From: a virus
Direction: 5' to 3' (one strand)
DNA length: 64,000 nt
IMG/VR virus record: IMGVR_UViG_3300026097_001455
Location: 1 to 64,000 of that record
Shown piece after piece: positions 43,207 through 52,654 of this stretch. The translations under genes and the position numbers were made by a program. Under the pieces are notes generated by a model, which saw only the letters and a list, made by a program, of their open reading frames with translations, ran no database searches and had not been told where the DNA came from. Within the stretch, counting starts at the first letter, position 1; the number at the start of each line of letters is the position of its first letter.

Positions 43207-46200
43207 TATGTTATTGTAATCTTAGAAATACCCGCTTTAGGGTTGTTTTCAACGACTTCTGGCTCTAATCCATCTGTTACCTTGGTAACCTCTATGATGT
43301 TGTCCGAGAAGTCCTTTATTTCGTTCCTGTGCGTAATTATAAGCACGTTCTTATACTTATTTCTTAAATAGTTCAAAATATTGACTACACCCATGGTAAG
43401 TTCATCATCAAGTGTCCCGAAACCTTCGTCTATAATTCTAACAGTAGGCTTTGTAAGTCGGCTCATATACCTCAGCGCCTCTGTAATTACGATTGAAGCT
43501 ATAAACTTTTGTGAGCCAGATGCAGATGTCAATGGAAGCGTGTCTCCTTTGTCATCGCTAAAATAGAATGTCTCAACAATATCTCCGTTCTGCTGTATGT
43601 CAAGATCAATTTTAAAGTCAACTACCTCTTGAAGTATTGAGTTAATTTTTGAATTAATAATAGGAAGCTTTCTTCTTATAATAGAAGCTGGTATTCCATC
43701 TCTATGTACAGCTTGTAAATAAATAGAGTATTTCTTATACAGCCTTTCAGAATTGTTTATCTGACTAAGTTTGTCATCATAGTTTTCTCTATTATTCTCA
43801 AGAACTTTAAGCTCACCATAGCACTTGTTTATGTTCTTATCCAGGTTAAACACTGTAAGCTTGTAAGACTTGTACACCCTAGTCTTTTCATCTACCTGTT
43901 CTTGAATCTCTTTGTTTCTCTTTATCTTCCCGATGTTCTCATCAAACTTGCTTATCTTAGCCTCAAGGTCAGATATTAACTTCTCATTAGCACTAACCTC
44001 TTTGTTCTTGGTAGAGAGTTTTTTGCTATTGATGTCAACCTCATTGTTATGATCAATAATGTCTTGAGAGTTTTCTATGAGGTTGATCTTATCTTTAAGA
44101 ATCTTAAGTGACTCACGCTTCACTGATATAGATTCTTCAGCTATATCAAGCTGGTTTTTCTCGTTGTCTACAGTAGTGTTGTGCGCTATAATAGCATCAT
44201 TCTCCTTAATTCTTCTTTCCTTGTAATCAACAAGTCCTTGCTTCATTTCAATCTCTTCTAAGCATTCCACCTCCTTTTCTGGGTCTGGCTTATGTTCTAC
44301 ATGTCCGCATGTTGGGCAGCACTTGCCTTGATATGTTGGTAGCTTGGCGTTTAAGTTGGTTATTTCTCCTTTAAGCTCTTTTATCTGATCTTCGAAATTA
44401 GATACTTCAAGCTCTGAATTCTTAGGGTTGGTGTTAAGCCAGTCTTTCTTTGTTCTAATTTTATTCTCAAGACCATTAACTGTTTTTTGCTGTTCTGATA
44501 ATTGAGATTTAAGCGAACTTATACTAACGCCCTTATCAAAAGGAAGTTCCTTCTTAAAGTTTTTGTCAAGCCATTTTTCAAGATTTCCAATAACTACCTT
44601 GTCACTTTCAATAGATTCTTTGATGGACTCTATTTTCTTAACTGCGGCATCTCTGTCTGTAATTCCAGGGTCTTCAACTTTGTCAATTTTCTTATTAAGC
44701 TCAATGATCTCATCGTTTGTATCATTCTGCTTTATGAGCATCATGTCTTTCTCTTCCTCAAAAGACTTTAGCTCCTCTTTCTTTTCTTTGATTTCAGAGT
44801 CGATTTCTTTGATCTTATTCTCAATCTCTATAGCATTACCAAGGTCTTTCTGCTTACGCTTAACATCATTAAAAAAAGTCTTTCCATACTCATGCCTATC
44901 CTTGTATGGCTCAAGACCAAGAAATCTACTTATAAGAGCATTTTTTGGCTGCTGCTGTTGATTAATGTAATCACCTTTTCCACCCTGAGCCTGGAGCGAT
45001 GTCTTAGTGAAGTCATCAAACGTACCGATTGCATCAAGCACAATTGACTTAACTTCTTTTTTCTCCATTGTCTTTTTATCAGAAATCTCTGGAGACCACT
45101 TCTCTCCGACAACGTTTCCGTCATCATCATACTCCTTAGCAAGTTTGTCATACTTTATTCCAAAGCTATTTTTACCTTTCTTAGTAGTTATCTTCCTGTA
45201 TATTCTATACTTTTCACCATTAATAGTTAGAAAAATTTTCACATAACCCGTATCCGAATCTGTATAAATATTTACAAGGTATTTTGAAGTGCTTCGATTT
45301 CCACCAAGCATTTCTTCATATAACCCCCATACAATAGCTTTGATCACATTTGACTTACCATTAAAGTTCTTTCCAAATATTCCAGTAAGTCCCCCAACCT
45401 TATCAAAATCTATTTTTAAAGGCTTTTTGTCAAATGAAAGTATGTTACTTATTTCTATTGAGTTAAGGTCCCAGTCACTCATATGTCTTGATGAGGATTC
45501 ATTGATTTCAAGAGTTTCGTCTACATGTCTTGCAAACTCCATAAGCTCCTTCATGAGATCATCATCAACCTCAAAATCTCCATCTTCTATCCACTCCTTG
45601 AAAAGGTCTTCAAAAACTTGTTCCTGCTCTTCATCTTCTTGGAGTTCTGCAACATCCCTTATTATTTCGACAAACTCAACACGAACACTTTCGCATCCAT
45701 ATTTATCACGCACAAGTCTCTTAATCTGATTTTCCTTCTCAATAGAGTAGTTCTCTTCATAATCTTCCCAAGTGATATATACCTTTGTTTTTCTCTTGTT
45801 ATTACTAAACTTAACGTATTCAATCCTTTCGTCAACATCCTCGCCTTTTGCGATGTCTATTTTAGCAAACCCATAATCATTTAGAACAAACTTTCTCTCG
45901 TGAGTACAGTTATCTAAATCCCACAGAAGGTATCCTTTATCAATAGATTCTCCAAAGTTCTGCTGAATTAAAGAGCCTGCATAAGCTACTGTATCATCAT
46001 CTCTGAATGTCTGGTATTCATGAATATCTCCAAGCATAACAACATCAAAATTGTTAAAGGTGCTTAGTCTCATTAGGTTATCACCCTGCATTTGGTATCC
46101 ATTATCTCCTCTAGCTCCGTAAACAGTGCCATGATACATTGCTACATACTTTTTTCCTGGCTCCTTTTTTTCTAAAGTTAGAATTTCATTATCCTTGCAA

Positions 46201-46649
46201 GAATAAACTCCGTAAACGAGATTGTCACTGATTTCATAGAATCCTGAATCTGGATAATAATATACAGCTTTCTTACTAAAGTCTATACTATCCTTGTTTT
46301 CGTTTGTAACAACCACAGCCTTTCTGTTACCTGAATCTTCCAGTAAGTTTGCTAGATTGAATATTGGGGATATTGCGTCACCCTGCTCAAGCTGTTGAAG
46401 ATTGAGATCATGATTGCCTAAAATAACATCTGTTGGGGCTATGTCAGAAAGTTTAATGAATAGCTCTGCTAATAAGCTAAAAGAATTTGGTGACATATTA
46501 ATCTTGTGGTGAACAAGGTCTCCTGCTAAATAGATTCTATCTGGCTTTTGTTTTTTAAGGTCTTCATAAAGTCTTTCAAATACTTGTCTGTATTCATCAT
46601 GCCTTGTTCCAAACCTAATCTGTATATCTGCTAAGTGGGCTATTTTCAT
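43206..46649 (-). CDS. fused Mre11/SbcD nuclease - Rad50/SbcC ATPase (gp47-gp46-like)
   Basis: HLADIQ, GDLVH, GNHD, YHG, GDIH; Walker A GKNFNGKS, coiled coil, zinc hook CPTC, SGSQ, IIDEGFGTLD, ITH. Confidence 0.93.
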   Translation of the reverse strand: MKIAHLADIQIRFGTRHDEYRQVFERLYEDLKKQKPDRIYLAGDLVHHKINMSPNSFSLLAELFIKLSDIAPTDVILGNHDLNLQQLEQGDAISPIFNLANLLEDSGNRKAVVVTNENKDSIDFSKKAVYYYPDSGFYEISDNLVYGVYSCKDNEILTLEKKEPGKKYVAMYHGTVYGARGDNGYQMQGDNLMRLSTFNNFDVVMLGDIHEYQTFRDDDTVAYAGSLIQQNFGESIDKGYLLWDLDNCTHERKFVLNDYGFAKIDIAKGEDVDERIEYVKFSNNKRKTKVYITWEDYEENYSIEKENQIKRLVRDKYGCESVRVEFVEIIRDVAELQEDEEQEQVFEDLFKEWIEDGDFEVDDDLMKELMEFARHVDETLEINESSSRHMSDWDLNSIEISNILSFDKKPLKIDFDKVGGLTGIFGKNFNGKSNVIKAIVWGLYEEMLGGNRSTSKYLVNIYTDSDTGYVKIFLTINGEKYRIYRKITTKKGKNSFGIKYDKLAKEYDDDGNVVGEKWSPEISDKKTMEKKEVKSIVLDAIGTFDDFTKTSLQAQGGKGDYINQQQQPKNALISRFLGLEPYKDRHEYGKTFFNDVKRKQKDLGNAIEIENKIKEIDSEIKEKKEELKSFEEEKDMMLIKQNDTNDEIIELNKKIDKVEDPGITDRDAAVKKIESIKESIESDKVVIGNLEKWLDKNFKKELPFDKGVSISSLKSQLSEQQKTVNGLENKIRTKKDWLNTNPKNSELEVSNFEDQIKELKGEITNLNAKLPTYQGKCCPTCGHVEHKPDPEKEVECLEEIEMKQGLVDYKERRIKENDAIIAHNTTVDNEKNQLDIAEESISVKRESLKILKDKINLIENSQDIIDHNNEVDINSKKLSTKNKEVSANEKLISDLEAKISKFDENIGKIKRNKEIQEQVDEKTRVYKSYKLTVFNLDKNINKCYGELKVLENNRENYDDKLSQINNSERLYKKYSIYLQAVHRDGIPASIIRRKLPIINSKINSILQEVVDFKIDLDIQQNGDIVETFYFSDDKGDTLPLTSASGSQKFIASIVITEALRYMSRLTKPTVRIIDEGFGTLDDELTMGVVNILNYLRNKYKNVLIITHRNEIKDFSDNIIEVTKVTDGLEPEVVENNPKAGISKITIT

Positions 46650-47659
46650 CCTTTAAGTTTATTTTTAATTTGAGAGGATAGGTTCATCTTTCTGACGCAA
46701 CGCAGAGCTTTTGCTACTTCCTCTTTGCCGTGGTCTTCATAAATCTTTGCAATATCCTTTTGGTGGCCTGATAAATCTACAAAAAAAACGTTCAAACCTA
46801 AAGAAGAAAGTTCTTGATAGGTTTCGATAGTTTTTTTCATCGCATCTGGGTCAAAACAAAGAATTACAATTGGGTTGTGCTTAAGTAGTTGAGCTATTAA
46901 AAGTGGAGATGCTTGCTTTCCAAGTACAGGGATAGAGTTGGGTACTTGAAACATGTCAAACACCCCTTCTACAAGATAAACAGGTAGGTCCCAGTTAATG
47001 TTGTATTCATTAAATATGATGTCATTTTTATGAACTTCCTCACCGCTTGGCTTCATGTAAGGAATCTTAGGGTCTTTCATATAAGATCGAGCATCATAAT
47101 AATTAAACCTACCAAGAGAATTCTTGGAGGGGATTATTATTCTAAACTTTCTATCTCCAGATTCAGTGTAGCCTATTTGATATTCATCTATCACATCAAG
47201 ACTTAGTTTACGCTGCTTTTTTCCGTGACCAGTAAAATACTCCCAAGCAAGATTATATAAATTTGTATTTCTCTTTTTGCCAAGAGGCATATATCCCTCT
47301 GGGAGTTTACATGTAACAAGGTGGTGATCTGTTCTGGGCTTAGCTGCCTGCTTGCTAAATTTCTTGAGCTTATCTGGAGGGAGTATTAGTTTTAACTTAT
47401 CATAATCAGCTTGGGTACCGTAATCTTTTGTAAGCTTGTACACGAAACCGTAGTATTCACACTTCCAGCACTTAAATACTTTCTTTTTAGAATTAAATTC
47501 TAGATTGAATTTATCAACATCATGCCTACAGGTAGGAGTAGGGCAATTGAACTGCCACTGATCTTTACTCAGCGCATCAACTTCACTCTTAGGTTTTCCA
47601 AGAAAGTTCTTTAGAACTTCGACTACCATGTAGCCCTTGTTCACTCCATCTCCATCCAT
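46646..47659 (-). CDS. DNA primase (Zn finger + TOPRIM)
   Basis: CPTPTCRH...FKCWKC; RIIIPS; LVEGVFD; FDPDA; TACATTTG at 47665-47672. Confidence 0.9.
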   Translation of the reverse strand: MDGDGVNKGYMVVEVLKNFLGKPKSEVDALSKDQWQFNCPTPTCRHDVDKFNLEFNSKKKVFKCWKCEYYGFVYKLTKDYGTQADYDKLKLILPPDKLKKFSKQAAKPRTDHHLVTCKLPEGYMPLGKKRNTNLYNLAWEYFTGHGKKQRKLSLDVIDEYQIGYTESGDRKFRIIIPSKNSLGRFNYYDARSYMKDPKIPYMKPSGEEVHKNDIIFNEYNINWDLPVYLVEGVFDMFQVPNSIPVLGKQASPLLIAQLLKHNPIVILCFDPDAMKKTIETYQELSSLGLNVFFVDLSGHQKDIAKIYEDHGKEEVAKALRCVRKMNLSSQIKNKLKG

Positions 47660-47687
47660 ACTTACAAATGTACAGATTTTTTTGGAA

Positions 47688-48227
47688 TTATCCTTCTTTT
47701 TGTTCGTTCACTACGTTGATATGACATTTTCCCACAGTGTATGCATCACACATGTCATAATTTTCTGTAGTTAACTTATGGCTTCTAGGTCCATATTTCC
47801 AAACAATATGAGGCTCTCTGTCACGAACTATAGTCCATATCTGATGCTTGTTCTCTGCGCTTTTTCTCTTTGCCTTATACTCTGGGAAAGCTGTCTTTCT
47901 AGCTGTATTAACATTGTAATAAATAGGCTCTATTCCGAACATTTCATAAACACATGCACTGATCATCCCGTTAAAGAAGTTTAGGATAGCTATTGTACTT
48001 GCGCTTGAATATTTTCCAGCAAACTTTTTGAGTGGTTCCTCAATTGCTATTTGCTGTACATCAACCTCTTCAAGAAACTTCATCTTTTTCTTAAATTCAG
48101 CTAATTTTTCAAAAATACTAATTTTGTTTTTGAATTTTATATAGTTAAGTTCCAATAGCTTTTCACCTGCCTCATCAAAGAGGGCATAGCCTATACAGCT
48201 TGTAGATACATCTAGTGCTAGAATCAT
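47688..48227 (-). CDS. RuvC-like Holliday junction resolvase
   Basis: ILALDVSTSCIGY, IAIEE, DMCDAY. Confidence 0.85.
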   Translation of the reverse strand: MILALDVSTSCIGYALFDEAGEKLLELNYIKFKNKISIFEKLAEFKKKMKFLEEVDVQQIAIEEPLKKFAGKYSSASTIAILNFFNGMISACVYEMFGIEPIYYNVNTARKTAFPEYKAKRKSAENKHQIWTIVRDREPHIVWKYGPRSHKLTTENYDMCDAYTVGKCHINVVNEQKEG

Positions 48228-48248
48228 AATTTAGATTTTATAAAACAT

Positions 48249-48280
48249 AAAAAAAGCGCTCGAAAATATCAAGCGCTTTT
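48249..48280 (-). terminator. intrinsic terminator ending structural operon
   Basis: AAAAGCGCTTGA-loop-TCGAGCGCTTTT plus T-run on - strand. Confidence 0.75.
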
Positions 48281-48302
48281 CATTAATAATGCTGGGGTTG
48301 CA

Positions 48303-49400
48303 TTAAACGTCTATGTCAAGATTAAACGTGATTAAGTTAGTGTAAGTTTTTTCTACTGGTCGATCAAGCTTCGCAACTGCAATCAACTCACTATTTTTGT
48401 TATACATACCAATTTCGGTTACATAAATAGAGTCAAACCCATTAGTACCATTTTGAAGTTCTTGCAAGTTAAAGGCAAGGTCCCAAGACGGGTTGGTTGA
48501 GAATGAAAACTCACCTGGCAACGCCAAACAAACGACAGATGTTCTGAAGTTAATGTTTATATCGGTATAAGTTAACTGAGAATTTGCTGAGCCGCCTGTG
48601 AAATAGACATTTGTAGTTCCAGAGTTAGAAGCGTTGGTATATTGATCAAACCCTTCGTTCCAAGGAATGTTGTTAACAATGTCTGGGTGCGTTAATACCA
48701 TAAATCCTTTATCAAGAACTGCAAACCCAACTGGAATATCATAATTGTATCCCTGATTTGTAGTTGTAGGATAGTTTTCTGTAATTGATGTCACCGCTAA
48801 ATTAACTCCTGACCATGGTCTATTATCTGTGTTGATGTCGGCAGAATCAACATCTGAATATGAATGTGCAGCTGGTCTATCAACAAAAGGTGAAACATTC
48901 CAGGTATTTCTTGGTGTAAATGTAGTTACACTAGGAGTTCCTGCATTTGTTGTTCCTGTTCTTGGTAAATTTACATCATCAGAAAAAAGAAAAGATATAT
49001 TATCACCGAGTAATGTGGAGTTTTGAGATTTAGTTAGTTGTCCATAAGTAGATGAAACAACCGTCTTAGTTGAACTAGAGCCTTGAGGCACTGTAAAAGT
49101 AATACTTCTACCATCAATTATTTCACTATACTCCTCTCTAGGTATTGGGCAGATTACTATATTATCAACATTTAATTGCTGAAGTTCTGGGTTCTGCAAA
49201 GAAAGAGTTGACCCTGTAGCAAATTGAGCTGCTTCATGTGGTAGCCTAAAAGAAAGAAAGTAATTAGCTTCTTTGCTAGTAAGGTTAGTTCTATCACAAA
49301 GCGTGTAGGTAAGACCGCTTTCGCTTATCGCTCTAAAAGTGGAATTCTCTTGCTTTGTTGATATTAAACTTGTTATTGGTTTATATGGTACGTTTGCCAT
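48303..49400 (-). CDS. virion structural protein, C-terminal tail-collar/fibre (DUF3751-like) half
   Basis: YVTEIGMYNKNSELIAVAKLDRPVEK; T/S/N-rich. Confidence 0.7.
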   Translation of the reverse strand: MANVPYKPITSLISTKQENSTFRAISESGLTYTLCDRTNLTSKEANYFLSFRLPHEAAQFATGSTLSLQNPELQQLNVDNIVICPIPREEYSEIIDGRSITFTVPQGSSSTKTVVSSTYGQLTKSQNSTLLGDNISFLFSDDVNLPRTGTTNAGTPSVTTFTPRNTWNVSPFVDRPAAHSYSDVDSADINTDNRPWSGVNLAVTSITENYPTTTNQGYNYDIPVGFAVLDKGFMVLTHPDIVNNIPWNEGFDQYTNASNSGTTNVYFTGGSANSQLTYTDININFRTSVVCLALPGEFSFSTNPSWDLAFNLQELQNGTNGFDSIYVTEIGMYNKNSELIAVAKLDRPVEKTYTNLITFNLDIDV

Positions 49401-49419
49401 CTTTTTTTAGTTTTATAGT

Positions 49420-49956
49420 TTATGCTGTTGCAAATTGCTGACTTCCACCACCGCTAGTAGCGCCAAACACACCTGTAAACCTAACTGTATATTGAATTGC
49501 TGCAGATGTTTGGTTGGTATCTAATCCATACACAGTAAATGTAAGGGTTTTTGGAATGCTTGTTGGTTGAGACGGAAGTCCTAATGGATTATCTGCAATC
49601 CAGTTTCTTAAATCAGTTCTATATTGAGAAGGTATCCCTGTTTGATAGTCATAGTATCCATCTGAGTAGGAATTGTTTTTCTCGCAAAAAGTTACATAAA
49701 ACTCACTTGAGTTTGGTTGAGGTAAGTGAAATTTTAAATAACTTGCCCCCTGCGAGCTATCAGATGTTAGTGGAACTACTATTTTGTTTCCTCCTATACT
49801 TATCGCATTAAGAGGGATATTAAATGAGCCCGTAGGTCCAGAAACTGTGTGTGGTTCTGAAAAAACAGTTCCATTACTCAGGTTAGTGGTAGTGAAATTT
49901 ACTACCTGTGCCATTGGAAATCCTATATTTTGTGGGTCTTGATTTGCTGTTGCCAT
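49420..49956 (-). CDS. putative structural protein
   Basis: S/T/G-rich, inside the structural operon. Confidence 0.65.
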   Translation of the reverse strand: MATANQDPQNIGFPMAQVVNFTTTNLSNGTVFSEPHTVSGPTGSFNIPLNAISIGGNKIVVPLTSDSSQGASYLKFHLPQPNSSEFYVTFCEKNNSYSDGYYDYQTGIPSQYRTDLRNWIADNPLGLPSQPTSIPKTLTFTVYGLDTNQTSAAIQYTVRFTGVFGATSGGGSQQFATA

Positions 49957-49973
49957 TTTGTTTTATTTTTTAA

Positions 49974-50444
49974 TTATAAACCACCCAATCCTGCTACTGG
50001 TCCTATAAGTCCTGGAAGTGCTGGAAGGGTTCCGCCCCCTCCTGATGGAGGTATGATGTTTCCGCTTTCTGAAGAAGAAATATCTGGTAAATCACTTTCT
50101 CTAATAAGAAGCTGATCTCCATCAACATCTGTTGAATACTCGACATTAGTGGGAGTATCATCAAACACATAAGCAAGCAAGCTAGTTTGGGTATAGTTAG
50201 CTGTAGCCTTAAGGCATCCTTCAGCCTTACCTGTTACATCTGGAACATCTCCAGACTCTAATAAATAGGCATCAGAAAGTTGATAATTTGTGTCAGAATC
50301 AGAAAGTGCAAACTTTGTGATTTGAAACAAATCATCGCCTGCTCCATCAAACCTATTGTTATTTTCATTAAATAAGTACCTCCTACCTGTCTCTGTTAGG
50401 TAGGCTGTTGCGTAAACTGTATCTGCCGAAGGTATATATCCCAT
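49974..50444 (-). CDS. virion structural protein, N-terminal tail-collar-like half
   Basis: AYLTETGRRYL..FQITKFALSDSD; ATATTTATA at 50460-50468. Confidence 0.7.
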   Translation of the reverse strand: MGYIPSADTVYATAYLTETGRRYLFNENNNRFDGAGDDLFQITKFALSDSDTNYQLSDAYLLESGDVPDVTGKAEGCLKATANYTQTSLLAYVFDDTPTNVEYSTDVDGDQLLIRESDLPDISSSESGNIIPPSGGGGTLPALPGLIGPVAGLGGL

Positions 50445-50484
50445 GTTCTATCTTTTTAATATAAATATCTCAATTTAAAAAAAC

Positions 50485-52521
50485 TTAGAAATCTATTTCT
50501 AATTGGAAAGCTAAGTATCTTGATGAATTCTTTTTAATTGGAAATGTTGGCTTACCAACTGCAACCAATACGTTATTATTATTTAGAACCCCAACTTCTG
50601 TTATGTAAGTGTCTGTATCAAGCAATCCATCAAAGCTTGAGTTTTGCGAATTATTGTATTGAGGGTCTGGAAGCTGTACTGTCATTATAGACTTAAACAC
50701 AGTCGCTCTTATAGATGCTTTTATGTTACCGAAGAAAAATGATTCATTCCCAAAGGTAAGTCCATAACTATCGTCATCGTTATTATCGTGAAATGTGTTG
50801 TCAAGAACATAAGTGCTTCCGCTTACATAGTCTTCTCTTGAGGTTATAAACTGAAAACCTGCTAAGTTATTAGGGTCAATCGTTAAACTTCCTGTAGAGC
50901 CTGTATATAAGCCGTTACCAGTTCCTCCCGAAGACATTAATCTCCATCCATCTGTTGGTATTGTATCTAAATCGACAGAAGGGCTAGTTGTCAAATCAAC
51001 TTCATTTACGAGTAGCTGTACTTTATTTGCATTCCAACCAGTTCCAGAAAGGGCGCTCATATTACTAGAGTTTCTCATGTAAGGAAATGACGAAGAATTA
51101 AAGTATGCCCTAAGGTATTGAGGATTCCCAGAAGAGTCTTCAACTCCATCTATCCTCTGAATATATTGACACGGCAAAGATTGAGGGTATCCATAAGAAC
51201 TACCTGAGGCGTATTCTGAATCACTTTCTGTTATATAAGTCACAAAGTATGTGTACCCGCTTCTAAGCACTCCTGTTGAATTATTTGTATTAAGAGGTGT
51301 CTTAGGAACAGTTGTTGATTCCACGGTTAATGGGGGGAGGGTGTATGATCTGTTAGACTTATATGTCAACGCTGTTAGTAATTCAGCATCTGTTATCACA
51401 ATAAGTTTTAGTTTATGATAAACTCTACCTACAACAAAATTTTGAGCCGAATTTCCATCTCTAAGTTCTCTATATGTTGTCTGAGCTGCTGCATCAAATA
51501 TTGTCGAGCCTGCAGAATCACTTAACTGTATTCCATAAGAAGTTTCTGTTCCTATATTTCCAGGGTATCTGTGCCACTTTACATTTGGAATATCTATTAC
51601 AACACTTTTTTCAACAAGCTGTTCTGCATACGTATTTCCAGTGTACTCATTTGTGTAATGAATAACTCCAAGCTGTCTAGTCTCATCTTCAAATCCAAGA
51701 TATTGCTTAGTTCCGTTGTATTCTATAGAGCCATATGTGGTATAACCACTTATTGAGGCGTCCGTACCTTCAACAGAGCTTGTTCTTACTATGTTCATAT
51801 TCCACACTCTAGTGTTAACTGTTGCAGCAGAACCGTAAAAATCTTCAACTCCATTAAATGGATAGAAATAAGTATTTAAAACTTGAGATGATGTTGTGCC
51901 TGTTCCTCCAAAATTAGGAACCTCCCTATCAAGAGTTACTACTGAAGTTCCAGTGTCAGCCGTCATTACTCTGTACCAAAGGTCGTTAATTGACTTTCCT
52001 GAGTTAATTAGCTCAGATGAATCATACACAAACCCACTTGCCTGAACTGGCTCCCAAGGTATGTAAATTAGATCACCAGCAACAGGAATATATCCAGTTC
52101 CCCCTCCAGCAAGAGTTATTTCATTTGTCCCATCTGGAGTATATGTGGAGTAGTCTATTGTGTTAGAACCAATATATTCATCTGAATCAATCGCCCAAGA
52201 ATTTGTTGAGCCTGTGAAAAATCCAGTAGAATCAGTGCTTGCTGTTATTATCTGTGTTGCAGAACCAACTGTAATAGGAAATGCATTGGAGCCATCAAAA
52301 CTCGTTGGCGTTGCAAATCCAGGAGCTGAGTCCTTAGGGCTTAGTACTCTGTTGCAGCAGTCAATATCATACGCCCCAGTTCTATCAATGCCATAATCTA
52401 TCTCTCTATCAGATACAATTGCATTATTAAACGTAAGCTGTCCGAGGGACAGAAGTTGTCTCCCAGCATCGGTAAGTTTTATGTTGATGAACGTTGTCGG
52501 CTCTTTTGGTAAATAACTCAT
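50485..52521 (-). CDS. virion structural protein (tail-collar/baseplate-associated)
   Basis: N-terminal IKLTDAGRQLL and C-terminal YITEVGVLNNNNVLVAVGK..PIKK; CTATTTATA at 52535-52543. Confidence 0.75.
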   Translation of the reverse strand: MSYLPKEPTTFINIKLTDAGRQLLSLGQLTFNNAIVSDREIDYGIDRTGAYDIDCCNRVLSPKDSAPGFATPTSFDGSNAFPITVGSATQIITASTDSTGFFTGSTNSWAIDSDEYIGSNTIDYSTYTPDGTNEITLAGGGTGYIPVAGDLIYIPWEPVQASGFVYDSSELINSGKSINDLWYRVMTADTGTSVVTLDREVPNFGGTGTTSSQVLNTYFYPFNGVEDFYGSAATVNTRVWNMNIVRTSSVEGTDASISGYTTYGSIEYNGTKQYLGFEDETRQLGVIHYTNEYTGNTYAEQLVEKSVVIDIPNVKWHRYPGNIGTETSYGIQLSDSAGSTIFDAAAQTTYRELRDGNSAQNFVVGRVYHKLKLIVITDAELLTALTYKSNRSYTLPPLTVESTTVPKTPLNTNNSTGVLRSGYTYFVTYITESDSEYASGSSYGYPQSLPCQYIQRIDGVEDSSGNPQYLRAYFNSSSFPYMRNSSNMSALSGTGWNANKVQLLVNEVDLTTSPSVDLDTIPTDGWRLMSSGGTGNGLYTGSTGSLTIDPNNLAGFQFITSREDYVSGSTYVLDNTFHDNNDDDSYGLTFGNESFFFGNIKASIRATVFKSIMTVQLPDPQYNNSQNSSFDGLLDTDTYITEVGVLNNNNVLVAVGKPTFPIKKNSSRYLAFQLEIDF

Positions 52522-52654
52522 CTGAATATTTTCATATAAATAGACTGATAAAATTTATTTAATTCACATCGAAAAATAAATAGTTTTGATCAAAAAGAAT
52601 TTTCACATTTACATTCGAAAACTTTTTCACTAATATTTATTTAAAAAGCGCTTT

